From IMG/VR virus record IMGVR_UViG_3300027892_002613, positions 9,288 to 73,287 of that record: a stretch of DNA of 64,000 bases; one strand, written 5' to 3'. Source of the DNA: a virus (lineage: Duplodnaviria; Caudoviricetes). Positions 17,957-26,582 of the stretch are shown piece after piece. The position numbers and the translations under genes are program-made. The first letter of the stretch is position 1. Every line of letters begins with the position of its first letter. The notes under the pieces were generated by a model. That model saw only the letters and a list, made by a program, of their open reading frames with translations. It was not told the origin of the DNA and made no database searches.

Positions 17957-19247
17957 AGTTCAGGGAGACAATTTAGAATTATCGAATTTAAAAGCAGCGA
18001 CAGGTAATACGGCTACTTCTAACTACTCCATTGCTACTGCGGCAGGTACAACTACCGGTCCAATTGCATTTTCGGATTTCACAATAGATGCGGTAGGTTC
18101 AACTATATCAGGATTCACATATGTAAAGGAATCAACTGCGGAAACATTTAATATGAACTTTACAAATGCTGGAACTAGATTCCTAAGTAGAGTTGGTTCT
18201 CAATATAATAATTTCACATGGAGTTTATCAGTAGGGGCAGAGTTTACAATTCAATCTCTTCCTCCTTATAACCCAACGGTAACTGCTAATGCTATAGGTA
18301 ATTCATCTACATTAGCTGCACCAACGGCTAGAACATTAACCGCAACATTCAGAGACCTTTATAATGACCATGCATCAAGCTATAATGTAGCTATGACAAA
18401 AACCATTTACAATGTAGATGATTATGCGGGAGCGAGTGGATTATGTTTACATTTAGATGAGATGATTGAGATGTGGGATGGTACATTTAAGAAAGCAGGT
18501 GATTTAGTAGAAGAGGATGTCGTAAAAGCATATTTCCCTCCACATTTTCAACAACAGGATGATTTCAATTTTTATGATTGGGAATATTATACACCAGGAG
18601 GAATATTAGTTCCTGCTTATGTAAAGGATGTTGCATATACATTTGTGGATAGATGGAATATAATACGAACTGATAAAGGTGATGTTAGAGGAAATGGTGA
18701 GCATCCTATGATGATATTTGATATAAACGAAGAAGTTTATAAGTTCAAACCATTAGGATTGCTTCAACCTGGAGATAGATTAATAAAAGTATTGGGTGAG
18801 AACCAAATAGAGGAAGTAGAGATAATTGCAAATGAAGTTCAATCATCCACATTAGAGGTTGTATCGATAGATGTTGAAGATGTGGATACATACATAGTAA
18901 ATGGATTTGTTACCCACAATAAGGGTGCAAACTCATTAGCGGGGTATTCAATATCAACCAACCCAACTATATCAATTTTGGGAACAATTATTGGTGGAGA
19001 TGCATATAAAACTTTAACATTAAGTACGAATTCAGCAGTAGTTTCTCCTGGTTCAACTGCGATTACTGCAAACTTCTCTTATGATATACAGATAGCATCT
19101 GATAGTGGATTTAGTACTATATTAGCAACTTTTACAGCATATAGTTCTAATACATTAAACTATAAGACGGGTTCTACTATTTTTGCGAGGGCTAAAACAA
19201 ACTTCGCAGGATTACAAAGTGGATTTGGTTCAACTGCGACAGGATAA
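17949..19247 (+). CDS. Probable structural protein containing a Hint (intein-like) domain
   Basis: CLHLDEMIEMWDGTFKKAGDL (N-terminal block), NGEHP (block B), VVSIDVEDVDTYIVNGFVTHN (C-terminal blocks) at 18444-18920. Confidence 0.75.
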   Translation: MPRVQGDNLELSNLKAATGNTATSNYSIATAAGTTTGPIAFSDFTIDAVGSTISGFTYVKESTAETFNMNFTNAGTRFLSRVGSQYNNFTWSLSVGAEFTIQSLPPYNPTVTANAIGNSSTLAAPTARTLTATFRDLYNDHASSYNVAMTKTIYNVDDYAGASGLCLHLDEMIEMWDGTFKKAGDLVEEDVVKAYFPPHFQQQDDFNFYDWEYYTPGGILVPAYVKDVAYTFVDRWNIIRTDKGDVRGNGEHPMMIFDINEEVYKFKPLGLLQPGDRLIKVLGENQIEEVEIIANEVQSSTLEVVSIDVEDVDTYIVNGFVTHNKGANSLAGYSISTNPTISILGTIIGGDAYKTLTLSTNSAVVSPGSTAITANFSYDIQIASDSGFSTILATFTAYSSNTLNYKTGSTIFARAKTNFAGLQSGFGSTATG

Positions 19248-19261
19248 CAAAATAATATAAT

Positions 19262-19447
19262 ATGTTTAAGATAACAAAACAATTAGTAAGTGAAGGAAAG
19301 GTAATCGAAAGGATTTACGTTTCTAAAGATTATACCTTTGATGGAATTGAACTCTTCGAAACGGAGGTGGAAGCTACCGAAAAAAAGGAAGAATTAGAAA
19401 GTTTAGATAATTTTGGTGCTAAATATAAGGTTACGGAAATATCGTAA
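19262..19447 (+). CDS. Hypothetical protein
   Basis: 61 aa ORF in operon context with typical codon usage. Confidence 0.5.
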   Translation: MFKITKQLVSEGKVIERIYVSKDYTFDGIELFETEVEATEKKEELESLDNFGAKYKVTEIS

Positions 19448-19487
19448 TATTTATAGATATATACCATAATTAAAACAAAACAAAAAA

Positions 19488-19739
19488 ATGGAAAACAAAT
19501 TGTTATCTCAAGATGAACTAAATGAAATAGTTCAGTTACGAAATGAATTTGCAAACGTATTTGCAAGTATTGGTTCTATTCAATCGAGAATAAAAGAATT
19601 GGAAGAAGAAAACGAATCAAACTACATCACCCTTAAAGAAATTCAGAAAAAAGAGGAAGTATTATTCGAAAAACTAAAGAATAATTACGGAGAAGGGAAT
19701 ATAGATTTGATTACTGGAGAATTTAAACCAATTCAGTAA
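19488..19739 (+). CDS. Hypothetical coiled-coil protein
   Basis: Heptad pattern ending in YGEGNIDLITGEF, a small-protein type often found just before sheath genes. Confidence 0.55.
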   Translation: MENKLLSQDELNEIVQLRNEFANVFASIGSIQSRIKELEEENESNYITLKEIQKKEEVLFEKLKNNYGEGNIDLITGEFKPIQ

Positions 19740-19759
19740 TATTTTGGAAGTTTCTTTTG

Positions 19760-19768
19760 ATATTTATA
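19760..19768 (+). promoter_or_regulatory. Putative phage late-promoter motif ATATTTATA (sheath gene example)
   Basis: The same motif occurs about 20-45 nt upstream of starts at 5196, 19447, 22150, 22751, 23777 and 39198, with variants at 33485 and 39599. Confidence 0.55.
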
Positions 19769-19803
19769 TAGAGGAAATCTAAAAATTTTTAAATAAAGAT
19801 AAC

Positions 19804-22137
19804 ATGGCAGAAAAAATTGTATCACCTGGTGTATTTACAAGAGAGAACGACCTTTCTTTTTTACCACAAGGTATATCGCAAATAGGAGCAGCGATAGTTG
19901 GACCAACTGAAAAAGGACCAGCTTTCATCCCTACTTTAATAACAACACAGGCTGAGTATGAAAGTATTTTCGGTACTCCAAAAGATTACTACACAGGATA
20001 TGCAGTTCAGAACTATCTAAGAGATGCTGGTGCTGTAACTGTTGTAAGAGTTGGTGGTATCGGTGGATACTCTCAAAAAGGTTCATTAGCAGTTGTTGCA
20101 AATGATGTTAGTACTGGAGTTAAACAAATTGTAGCAGTATTAGCACATAGTTCATCTGCACAATCTGCATCATTTACTATAGCTAATAGTACATTAGTTG
20201 GTGCGGCTGAGTTTGGAGTATTCTCTATCACAGGTTCTACTAGTCAATATAGAATGGATATGAAAAAGACTTCAGCTGATTCAATTGATGATGTATTAGG
20301 AACTTCACCTTCATTCAACAGAGATGCATACGCTTATACTTATTTTGACCATACTAAAACCGCTTTATCATCTTCAACTATTGATGGCGATGTAGTTTTC
20401 GCATCGGATTCAGAAACTTTATCTGCACAAAATTTCACTGCTGATGCAAGTAATGCAAGTACTCCATATGTTCAATCTCAATTATATAATGGAACAACTA
20501 GATATAACCTATTTAGAATTCATACTATAGCTGATGGAAACACAGAGAACGTAAGATTCAAAGTTCAAATTTCTAACATCAAATCTTCAAATGGTTCAGA
20601 TTATGGAACATTCAGTTTAGTATTAAGAGCATTTGGTGATACAGATAAGAGAAAATCAATTTTAGAACAATATAATAATTTAACATTAGACCCATCATCT
20701 CCTAACTTTGTTGGAAGAAGAATTGGTGATAGAGATGTAACAATTGATTCAGTAGGTAAAATTACTGAAACAGGAGATTATCAAAATAGAAGTAAGTTTA
20801 TTAGAGTTGAAATATCAACTACTACATATCCTGTAACTGCTATTCCTTATGGACATGATAAGTATGAATTACCTGTTAATTGTATTGCAGCTGATTCAAC
20901 TGATTTAACTGCATTATTTCCAATTGTAACTTTCACATCGGCTTCATTCAGTTCATCAATATTCTCAAGTGGATTTGATTTTGAAACTGCAATCGTATCT
21001 GATAATAATAAAAATTACTTATCTCCGTTACCTGTAGGTTCTGGAAATGGTGCTAACTACTCTTTCGGTTTAGACAACCCTAAAGGAGTTACTTCATTCT
21101 CAAGATACGGATTAGGATTAAGTGCGGCTGAAACAACTGATTCAACTCAAGTCGCAATGAGAAACTTCACTTTGGCTTTTCAAGGTGGATGGGATGGAAT
21201 TGACCCAACTATAACAATTAATAAGGGAGAAGATATTAGTGCAACGAATACACAAGGATTCAATTGTGCATCATCAACGACAAGTGGTTCAGTAGCTTAT
21301 GCTAAAGCATTAAACGCTGTTCAAAATCCTGATGAATATGATATCAACTTATTAATCACTCCTGGTATTATCAGACAATATCATCCTTATGTAACAACGA
21401 AGGCAATCGATATTTGTCAAGAAAGAGAAGATGTATTCTACATTGCAGATTTTGCTGGTGCAGGTGCTACTATTTCAGAAGCAGTTGAGCAAGCAGCAGG
21501 AGAAGATTCTAACTATGTAGGTACATACTATCCTTGGATTAAAACTATCGATGTAAATACAAACAAATTAGTAGCAGTTCCACCATCAGTATTATTAGCA
21601 GGAACATATGCACAGAATGATAGATTAGGTGCTGAGTGGTTCGCACCAGCTGGTTTAAATAGAGGTGGGATTGCAGGAGCAGTTCAAGTATTGAATAGAT
21701 TAACTCAATCAGAAAGAGATACATTATATGAAGGTAAAGTAAACCCAATCGCAACATTCCCTGGACAAGGTATTAGTGCATTTGGACAAAAAACTTTACA
21801 AGATAAAGCATCTGCATTGGATAGAATCAACGTAAGAAGATTGTTAATTAACTTAAAGAAGTTTGTTGCATCTACTTCAAGATTCTTAGTGTTCGAACAA
21901 AATACGGCACAAACAAGAAGTAAATTCTTAAATACTGTAAACCCTTACTTAGAAGCAGTTCAACAAAGACAAGGACTTTACGCATTTAGAGTGGTTATGG
22001 ATGAGACAAATAATACACCAGATGTAATCGACAGAAACATATTACAAGGTTCTGTGTTTTTACAACCTTCTAAGACGGCTGAATTCATCGTAATTGATTT
22101 CAACATCTTACCGACGGGGGCAACATTTAGTGTATAA
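19804..22137 (+). CDS. Tail sheath protein (gp18-like)
   Basis: SPGVFTRENDLS, GPTEKGP, WFAPAGLNRG, GQKTLQ...SALDRINVRRL, FEQNT...VMDETNNTPDVIDRN motifs. Confidence 0.95.
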   Translation: MAEKIVSPGVFTRENDLSFLPQGISQIGAAIVGPTEKGPAFIPTLITTQAEYESIFGTPKDYYTGYAVQNYLRDAGAVTVVRVGGIGGYSQKGSLAVVANDVSTGVKQIVAVLAHSSSAQSASFTIANSTLVGAAEFGVFSITGSTSQYRMDMKKTSADSIDDVLGTSPSFNRDAYAYTYFDHTKTALSSSTIDGDVVFASDSETLSAQNFTADASNASTPYVQSQLYNGTTRYNLFRIHTIADGNTENVRFKVQISNIKSSNGSDYGTFSLVLRAFGDTDKRKSILEQYNNLTLDPSSPNFVGRRIGDRDVTIDSVGKITETGDYQNRSKFIRVEISTTTYPVTAIPYGHDKYELPVNCIAADSTDLTALFPIVTFTSASFSSSIFSSGFDFETAIVSDNNKNYLSPLPVGSGNGANYSFGLDNPKGVTSFSRYGLGLSAAETTDSTQVAMRNFTLAFQGGWDGIDPTITINKGEDISATNTQGFNCASSTTSGSVAYAKALNAVQNPDEYDINLLITPGIIRQYHPYVTTKAIDICQEREDVFYIADFAGAGATISEAVEQAAGEDSNYVGTYYPWIKTIDVNTNKLVAVPPSVLLAGTYAQNDRLGAEWFAPAGLNRGGIAGAVQVLNRLTQSERDTLYEGKVNPIATFPGQGISAFGQKTLQDKASALDRINVRRLLINLKKFVASTSRFLVFEQNTAQTRSKFLNTVNPYLEAVQQRQGLYAFRVVMDETNNTPDVIDRNILQGSVFLQPSKTAEFIVIDFNILPTGATFSV

Positions 22138-22173
22138 TTTCAATAACTGATATTTATATAAAAGAAATAAAAA

Positions 22174-22665
22174 ATGGCAGAAGTATTAGAATTTAACGAA
22201 ATGTTTTATACCAATTTCGAACCTAAGATGAAAAACAGATTCATCGTAGAAATAGATGGTATTCCTTCATACTTAGTAAAAGTGGCTAACAGACCTACAA
22301 TTCAATTTGAAACTGTAGTGTTAGACCATATCAACATCAAAAGAAAGTTAAAAGGTAAAGGTGATTGGCAAGATTTATCTATGACACTTTACGACCCAAT
22401 TGTTCCATCTGGAGCACAAGCGGTAATGGAGTGGATTAGAACATCACATGAATCGTTGACAGGTAGAGATGGATACGCAGAATTCTATAAGAAGGATGTG
22501 GATTTCTATATGTTAGGTCCAGTAGGTGATAAGATTGAACAATGGAAATTAAAAGGTGCATATATCCAACAAGCGAACTTTGGTGAGTTAGATTGGAGTA
22601 ATGCTACAGACCCTGCAACAATCGAAATCACATTAACTTACGATTACGCAATCTTAGAATTCTAA
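22174..22665 (+). CDS. Tail tube protein (gp19-like)
   Basis: Follows the sheath; FEPKMKNRF, WQDLSMTLYDPI, EQWKLKGAYI...FGELDW...IEITLTYDYA. Confidence 0.9.
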   Translation: MAEVLEFNEMFYTNFEPKMKNRFIVEIDGIPSYLVKVANRPTIQFETVVLDHINIKRKLKGKGDWQDLSMTLYDPIVPSGAQAVMEWIRTSHESLTGRDGYAEFYKKDVDFYMLGPVGDKIEQWKLKGAYIQQANFGELDWSNATDPATIEITLTYDYAILEF

Positions 22666-22697
22666 ATAATATTCCTTACGGATGCTACCGAAGGACA

Positions 22698-22733
22698 GCC
22701 CTCATCAGAAATGGTGGGGGTTTTTTGTTTTTT
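22698..22733 (+). terminator. Rho-independent terminator after the tube gene
   Basis: GCCCTCATCA-GAAA-TGGTGGGGGT stem-loop (G:U pairs, GNRA loop) followed by TTTTTGTTTTTT. A second hairpin, TCCTTACGG-atgcta-CCGAAGGA, lies just upstream (~22673-22695). Confidence 0.8.
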
Positions 22734-22780
22734 GAAAAATTAAGATATATATATTTATATACAAACAATAAGTTATTATT

Positions 22781-23542
22781 ATGGCAGAAACCAATTACGA
22801 TTTTCCAACGGAGGTTATAACACTCCCATCAGAGGGTAAAGCATACCCAGAATCAAACCCATTATCAAAGGGTACAATAGAAATCAAATATATGACGGCT
22901 AAGGAGGAGGAAATTCTATCTTCACAAAACCTTATTAAAAAAGGTGTTGTGTTAGATAAATTATTTGAATCCATTATAGTTGAAAAAAGTATTAATATCG
23001 ATGATATTTTAATCGGAGATAAGAATGCTATTATGTTAGCTACTCGTATATTAGCATATGGACCTCAATATGAAGTTGAAACATATGGTAATAGTGATGA
23101 TAGAGAGACGGTTCATATAGATTTAACCAGTATCAGAACAAAAGATATCGATTCTACTAAATTAAAAAGAGATAATAGATATGAGTTCACAACCCCATCC
23201 GGTAATAAATTAGTTATTAAACTATTAACTCATGGAGATGAGGGTAAGATAGATGCGGATATCAAAGCATTATCTAAATTTAATAAAGGAGGAGTTAGTG
23301 CAGAATTAACAACTCGTTATCGTTATATGATACAATCGGTAGATGGCAAAGAGGATATGAAATCTATAACAGATTTTATCAATAATAGATTTATAACTAG
23401 AGATACTAGAGCAATGAGAGAGTTTATTAAAGAAATATCTCCTGATGTAGTTATGGAATACGAATACGAAGACCCTGAGACAGGAGAAAAGGAGGTACGT
23501 CCGATTCCAATGGGCGTAGGCTTTTTTTACCCTTCCCTCTAA
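22781..23542 (+). CDS. Tail/baseplate-hub assembly chaperone (gp26-like)
   Basis: LPSEGKAYP, IKYMTAKEEEIL, LIGDKNAIMLATRILAYG, ending GFFYPSL; lies between the tube and tape-measure genes. Confidence 0.7.
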   Translation: MAETNYDFPTEVITLPSEGKAYPESNPLSKGTIEIKYMTAKEEEILSSQNLIKKGVVLDKLFESIIVEKSINIDDILIGDKNAIMLATRILAYGPQYEVETYGNSDDRETVHIDLTSIRTKDIDSTKLKRDNRYEFTTPSGNKLVIKLLTHGDEGKIDADIKALSKFNKGGVSAELTTRYRYMIQSVDGKEDMKSITDFINNRFITRDTRAMREFIKEISPDVVMEYEYEDPETGEKEVRPIPMGVGFFYPSL

Positions 23543-23756
23543 TTATTCGGTTCAATTACATAATCAAATATTTGAATTATGTTATTATGGAAATGGGTTT
23601 ACTCAATTGGAGGTCTATAAACTTCCGGTTCATTTGAGGAACTTTTATTATAAGAAATTAGCGGATGCTAAAAAAACTGAAAATGATAGTATGAAAAAGC
23701 AATCAAATTCAGCCGGAAAACCAAAGACACCATCAAAAGTGAGAGTTAATAGATAA
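23520..23756 (+). CDS. Unannotated start-less ORF (gp51/GT-like chaperone extension), probably expressed by a +1 frameshift
   Basis: The +1 frame reads ...TLPSNYSVQLHNQIFELCYYGNGFTQLEVYKLPVHLRNFYYKKLADAKKTENDSMKK...RVNR*. It is bounded upstream by TAG at 23517-19 and has no start codon before the conserved-looking core. A T7 run lies at 23522-23528. Confidence 0.7.
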   Translation, partial: AFFTLPSNYSVQLHNQIFELCYYGNGFTQLEVYKLPVHLRNFYYKKLADAKKTENDSMKKQSNSAGKPKTPSKVRVNR

Positions 23757-23770
23757 CTCTCATTTTTTTT
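23739..23770 (+). terminator. Rho-independent terminator overlapping the stop of the frameshift ORF
   Basis: GTGAGAGTTA-atag-ATAACTCTCAT hairpin followed by a T run. Confidence 0.75.
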
Positions 23771-23806
23771 ATAATGATATTTATAAGAGTATAAACATAC
23801 TTCAAA

Positions 23807-24061
23807 ATGAAATTAAAAGTAACAAAAGAAGAAAAAGCTAAATTAACCGAAGTTCTTACTAAACATAAGGGTATGAATGAAGGTATAATTAAATGGATTT
23901 TCAACAAATATCTTACAAACAAAATCAAAAACGATAGTGATATTATGAGTAAGATTACTGCAGCTGATAGAGCTATGGATAATCTTAAAAATAGTATTGC
24001 TGATGTTGAAAAAAGAGGGTATAAAGTAGACCCGGAGCTTAAAAAAATGGTTGGATTATAA
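23807..24061 (+). CDS. Hypothetical protein
   Basis: 84 aa ORF preceded by an ATATTTATA motif. Confidence 0.55.
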   Translation: MKLKVTKEEKAKLTEVLTKHKGMNEGIIKWIFNKYLTNKIKNDSDIMSKITAADRAMDNLKNSIADVEKRGYKVDPELKKMVGL

Positions 24062-24077
24062 TAAATTCTATTTCTAA

Positions 24078-26576
24078 ATGAGTGGAAACGGACATGATAA
24101 TGGTGGTGCAGAAGAAAGGAATAATTTAGAGAAGGAATATCAAGACCTTCTAAAAGTTAGTACTTCTCAGATAGGTATTATGCAAAGGCAAATGGATATC
24201 TATGCGGATACCTATGCGAATTTGACTCCGATAGGAAAAAAACACATTGACCAATTAAGAGAAGGAACAGATGGGTTATCTGACCAAAAATCATTAGTAA
24301 CTCAAATAAACAAATACAAAAAAGAGAGAAATTTTTTAGAAGATAAATATAAACAAACTGGATATAGTATATATTCCGATTTAGGTGCTCAAATGCAGCT
24401 TCAGATTGATGCACTTAATGTAATGAATAAACGTATAAGTGCTATTAAAGCAGTTGGTGATGCAGCAGACCATACTGCCGAAAGTGTCAATGGCATACTT
24501 ACAGGAATGGAACATCATTTAAATGATATACCATTAGTAGGGGGCATGTTTGCAAAAATAGCAAAAGGTCCTGTTCATCATTTACAACATGCTATAACAG
24601 AATCGGCAGGAGCATTTAAAGTTGGATTTGGTAAAGCATTATCTGAAGGTAAAACTGGGTTTCAAGCGTTGGGAGCAGCGGGCAACGCATCGTTTGCTTC
24701 ATTTGGAGCACTTCTTAATCCAGTTGTATTAGCAATCGCTGCAATAGGATTGGCAATAGGAGCAGGATTTGCTAGAATGCATGAATTAGAAGCAGCGGCA
24801 ACAGATTTTAAAGTTCAAACGGGTTTAGCGGGAATTAATCTACATGATATAGAATCTACTATACATCATGCTCAAATGGGTATGTTGGATATAGGGGTAA
24901 CCGCAGGAGAAATGAGTAAAGCGATGTCGGAGTTCACAAATGAATTCTCAGATTTATCCATACCAGCTGAATCAACTGCAATGTCGGTTGCAATGATGTC
25001 AAAGCAATTTGGTGTATTCGGCGCGGAAGTAGCTGGGGTTAACAAACTATTCCAAAATATGGGAGGGTTATCAGAACAACAGGCTCAATATTTAGCGGGT
25101 TCAGTTGTGGAAATGGCTAATTTGGCAGCTGTTGCACCTGATACTGTAATTAAAGATTTATCTCAAAATACTAAGGAGATAATGATATATAATAGAGGTA
25201 GTGTAAAAGAACTTGCTAAGATGGCGGTTAATGCTGCTAAATTAGGAACTTCTATGAAGGAAACCGCTGCAGTATCAGAAAAACTTTTAGATTTTGAAGA
25301 TAGTATAACAAAAGAATTAGAATTAAGTGCTTTAGTTGGAAGAGATTTAAATTTTGCTAGAGCTAGAGAATTGGCTTTTGCAGGTGATACGTTAGGGGCT
25401 CAGCAAGAAATGGTTAAGCAATTAGACCAAATGGGAGACCTTAGTCAATTAGATGCAATTACCAAAAAACAAATAGAGGAAACAACTGGAATGGAATTAG
25501 ATTCTTTAGTAAATCAACAAAGAATTAGAAAACAATTTGGTACATTAGGTAAAGACCAATTAGCAGCAGCGAATGCATTATTAGATAAAGGAATAGATAT
25601 AAACGATGTAAGTGAAGAAGATTTGGTAGCTCAGACTAAGAGAATGAAGCAACAAGAAAATATGCAAGATTTGATGGCTAAAATAGGAAATAAGTTATCA
25701 GCAATAGGAGTTGCATTTAGTGATATGTTTGCACCTTTAGGTCTTTTTGTAGTAAATGTATTAGGTGGTCTAGTAAGTGTACTTAGTGGTGTAATAGTTC
25801 CTATATTTAAAACATTGGGTACAATAATGTACTATGCATTTAAACCAATTAATTATGCAGTATCTTCATTTGGAAAATTAATAGATTATGCAAAGCAATA
25901 TTATGATTATATTATTGCAGCGGGAATAGGTGCAGGGATTGTATTGGCATACACTAATAGACAGGTTATTGCGGATGGAGCGGTTAATGCGGTTAAATTT
26001 ATAGGAAATCAATTATCAAAAGAAGGTTGGTTGTATCAAACATACCAAACTGTGGCAACTTTCGCTACCGCTGCAGCTCAATCGGCATTGAACTTCGTAA
26101 AAAATCTAGGCTCGGCAACAGGTAGAAAAGATTTAATGCTATCAATTGCTAAAATGGCTACAACAGCATATGAATCTGTAGCCAAAATACCATACATTGG
26201 ACCTATTTTAGGTGCAATTGCAGCGGCTGGAGCATATGCATTAGGTAAAAGTTATTTCTCAAAAGCAGGTGATGTGAATTCTCCTGCTGATGGTAAAACC
26301 CGTATATCAACTAAAGAAGGTGGGTTATTTGAATTATCACCAAATGATGATTTTGCAGCAGGTGTCGGAATATCAGATGCATTAGAAGGTGGTGTAAGTG
26401 GAAACGCTTCGGCTGGAGGCGGTGGAGCAATAGCAGGATTAGTTAATTCAATGATAACAGAAATAAGAGGATTAAGAACTGATTTAGCATCAGGAAAGGT
26501 TGCAGTTTATATGGATGGTAGATTGGTTACTGCGCAAGTTGCTTCAGCAGCATCTAAAAACCCAGTAACTTCTTAA
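24078..26576 (+). CDS. Tape measure protein
   Basis: Long helical Ala/Gly-rich protein with hydrophobic segments and LLDFEDSITKELELSALVGRDLNFARARELA; lies after the chaperones and before the baseplate genes. Confidence 0.8.
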   Translation: MSGNGHDNGGAEERNNLEKEYQDLLKVSTSQIGIMQRQMDIYADTYANLTPIGKKHIDQLREGTDGLSDQKSLVTQINKYKKERNFLEDKYKQTGYSIYSDLGAQMQLQIDALNVMNKRISAIKAVGDAADHTAESVNGILTGMEHHLNDIPLVGGMFAKIAKGPVHHLQHAITESAGAFKVGFGKALSEGKTGFQALGAAGNASFASFGALLNPVVLAIAAIGLAIGAGFARMHELEAAATDFKVQTGLAGINLHDIESTIHHAQMGMLDIGVTAGEMSKAMSEFTNEFSDLSIPAESTAMSVAMMSKQFGVFGAEVAGVNKLFQNMGGLSEQQAQYLAGSVVEMANLAAVAPDTVIKDLSQNTKEIMIYNRGSVKELAKMAVNAAKLGTSMKETAAVSEKLLDFEDSITKELELSALVGRDLNFARARELAFAGDTLGAQQEMVKQLDQMGDLSQLDAITKKQIEETTGMELDSLVNQQRIRKQFGTLGKDQLAAANALLDKGIDINDVSEEDLVAQTKRMKQQENMQDLMAKIGNKLSAIGVAFSDMFAPLGLFVVNVLGGLVSVLSGVIVPIFKTLGTIMYYAFKPINYAVSSFGKLIDYAKQYYDYIIAAGIGAGIVLAYTNRQVIADGAVNAVKFIGNQLSKEGWLYQTYQTVATFATAAAQSALNFVKNLGSATGRKDLMLSIAKMATTAYESVAKIPYIGPILGAIAAAGAYALGKSYFSKAGDVNSPADGKTRISTKEGGLFELSPNDDFAAGVGISDALEGGVSGNASAGGGGAIAGLVNSMITEIRGLRTDLASGKVAVYMDGRLVTAQVASAASKNPVTS

Positions 26577-26582
26577 TAAATA

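Noticed and set aside
18444-18920. Canonical mobile intein
   Set aside because: There is no endonuclease domain and the +1 residue is Lys, so it is treated as a BIL-type Hint domain.
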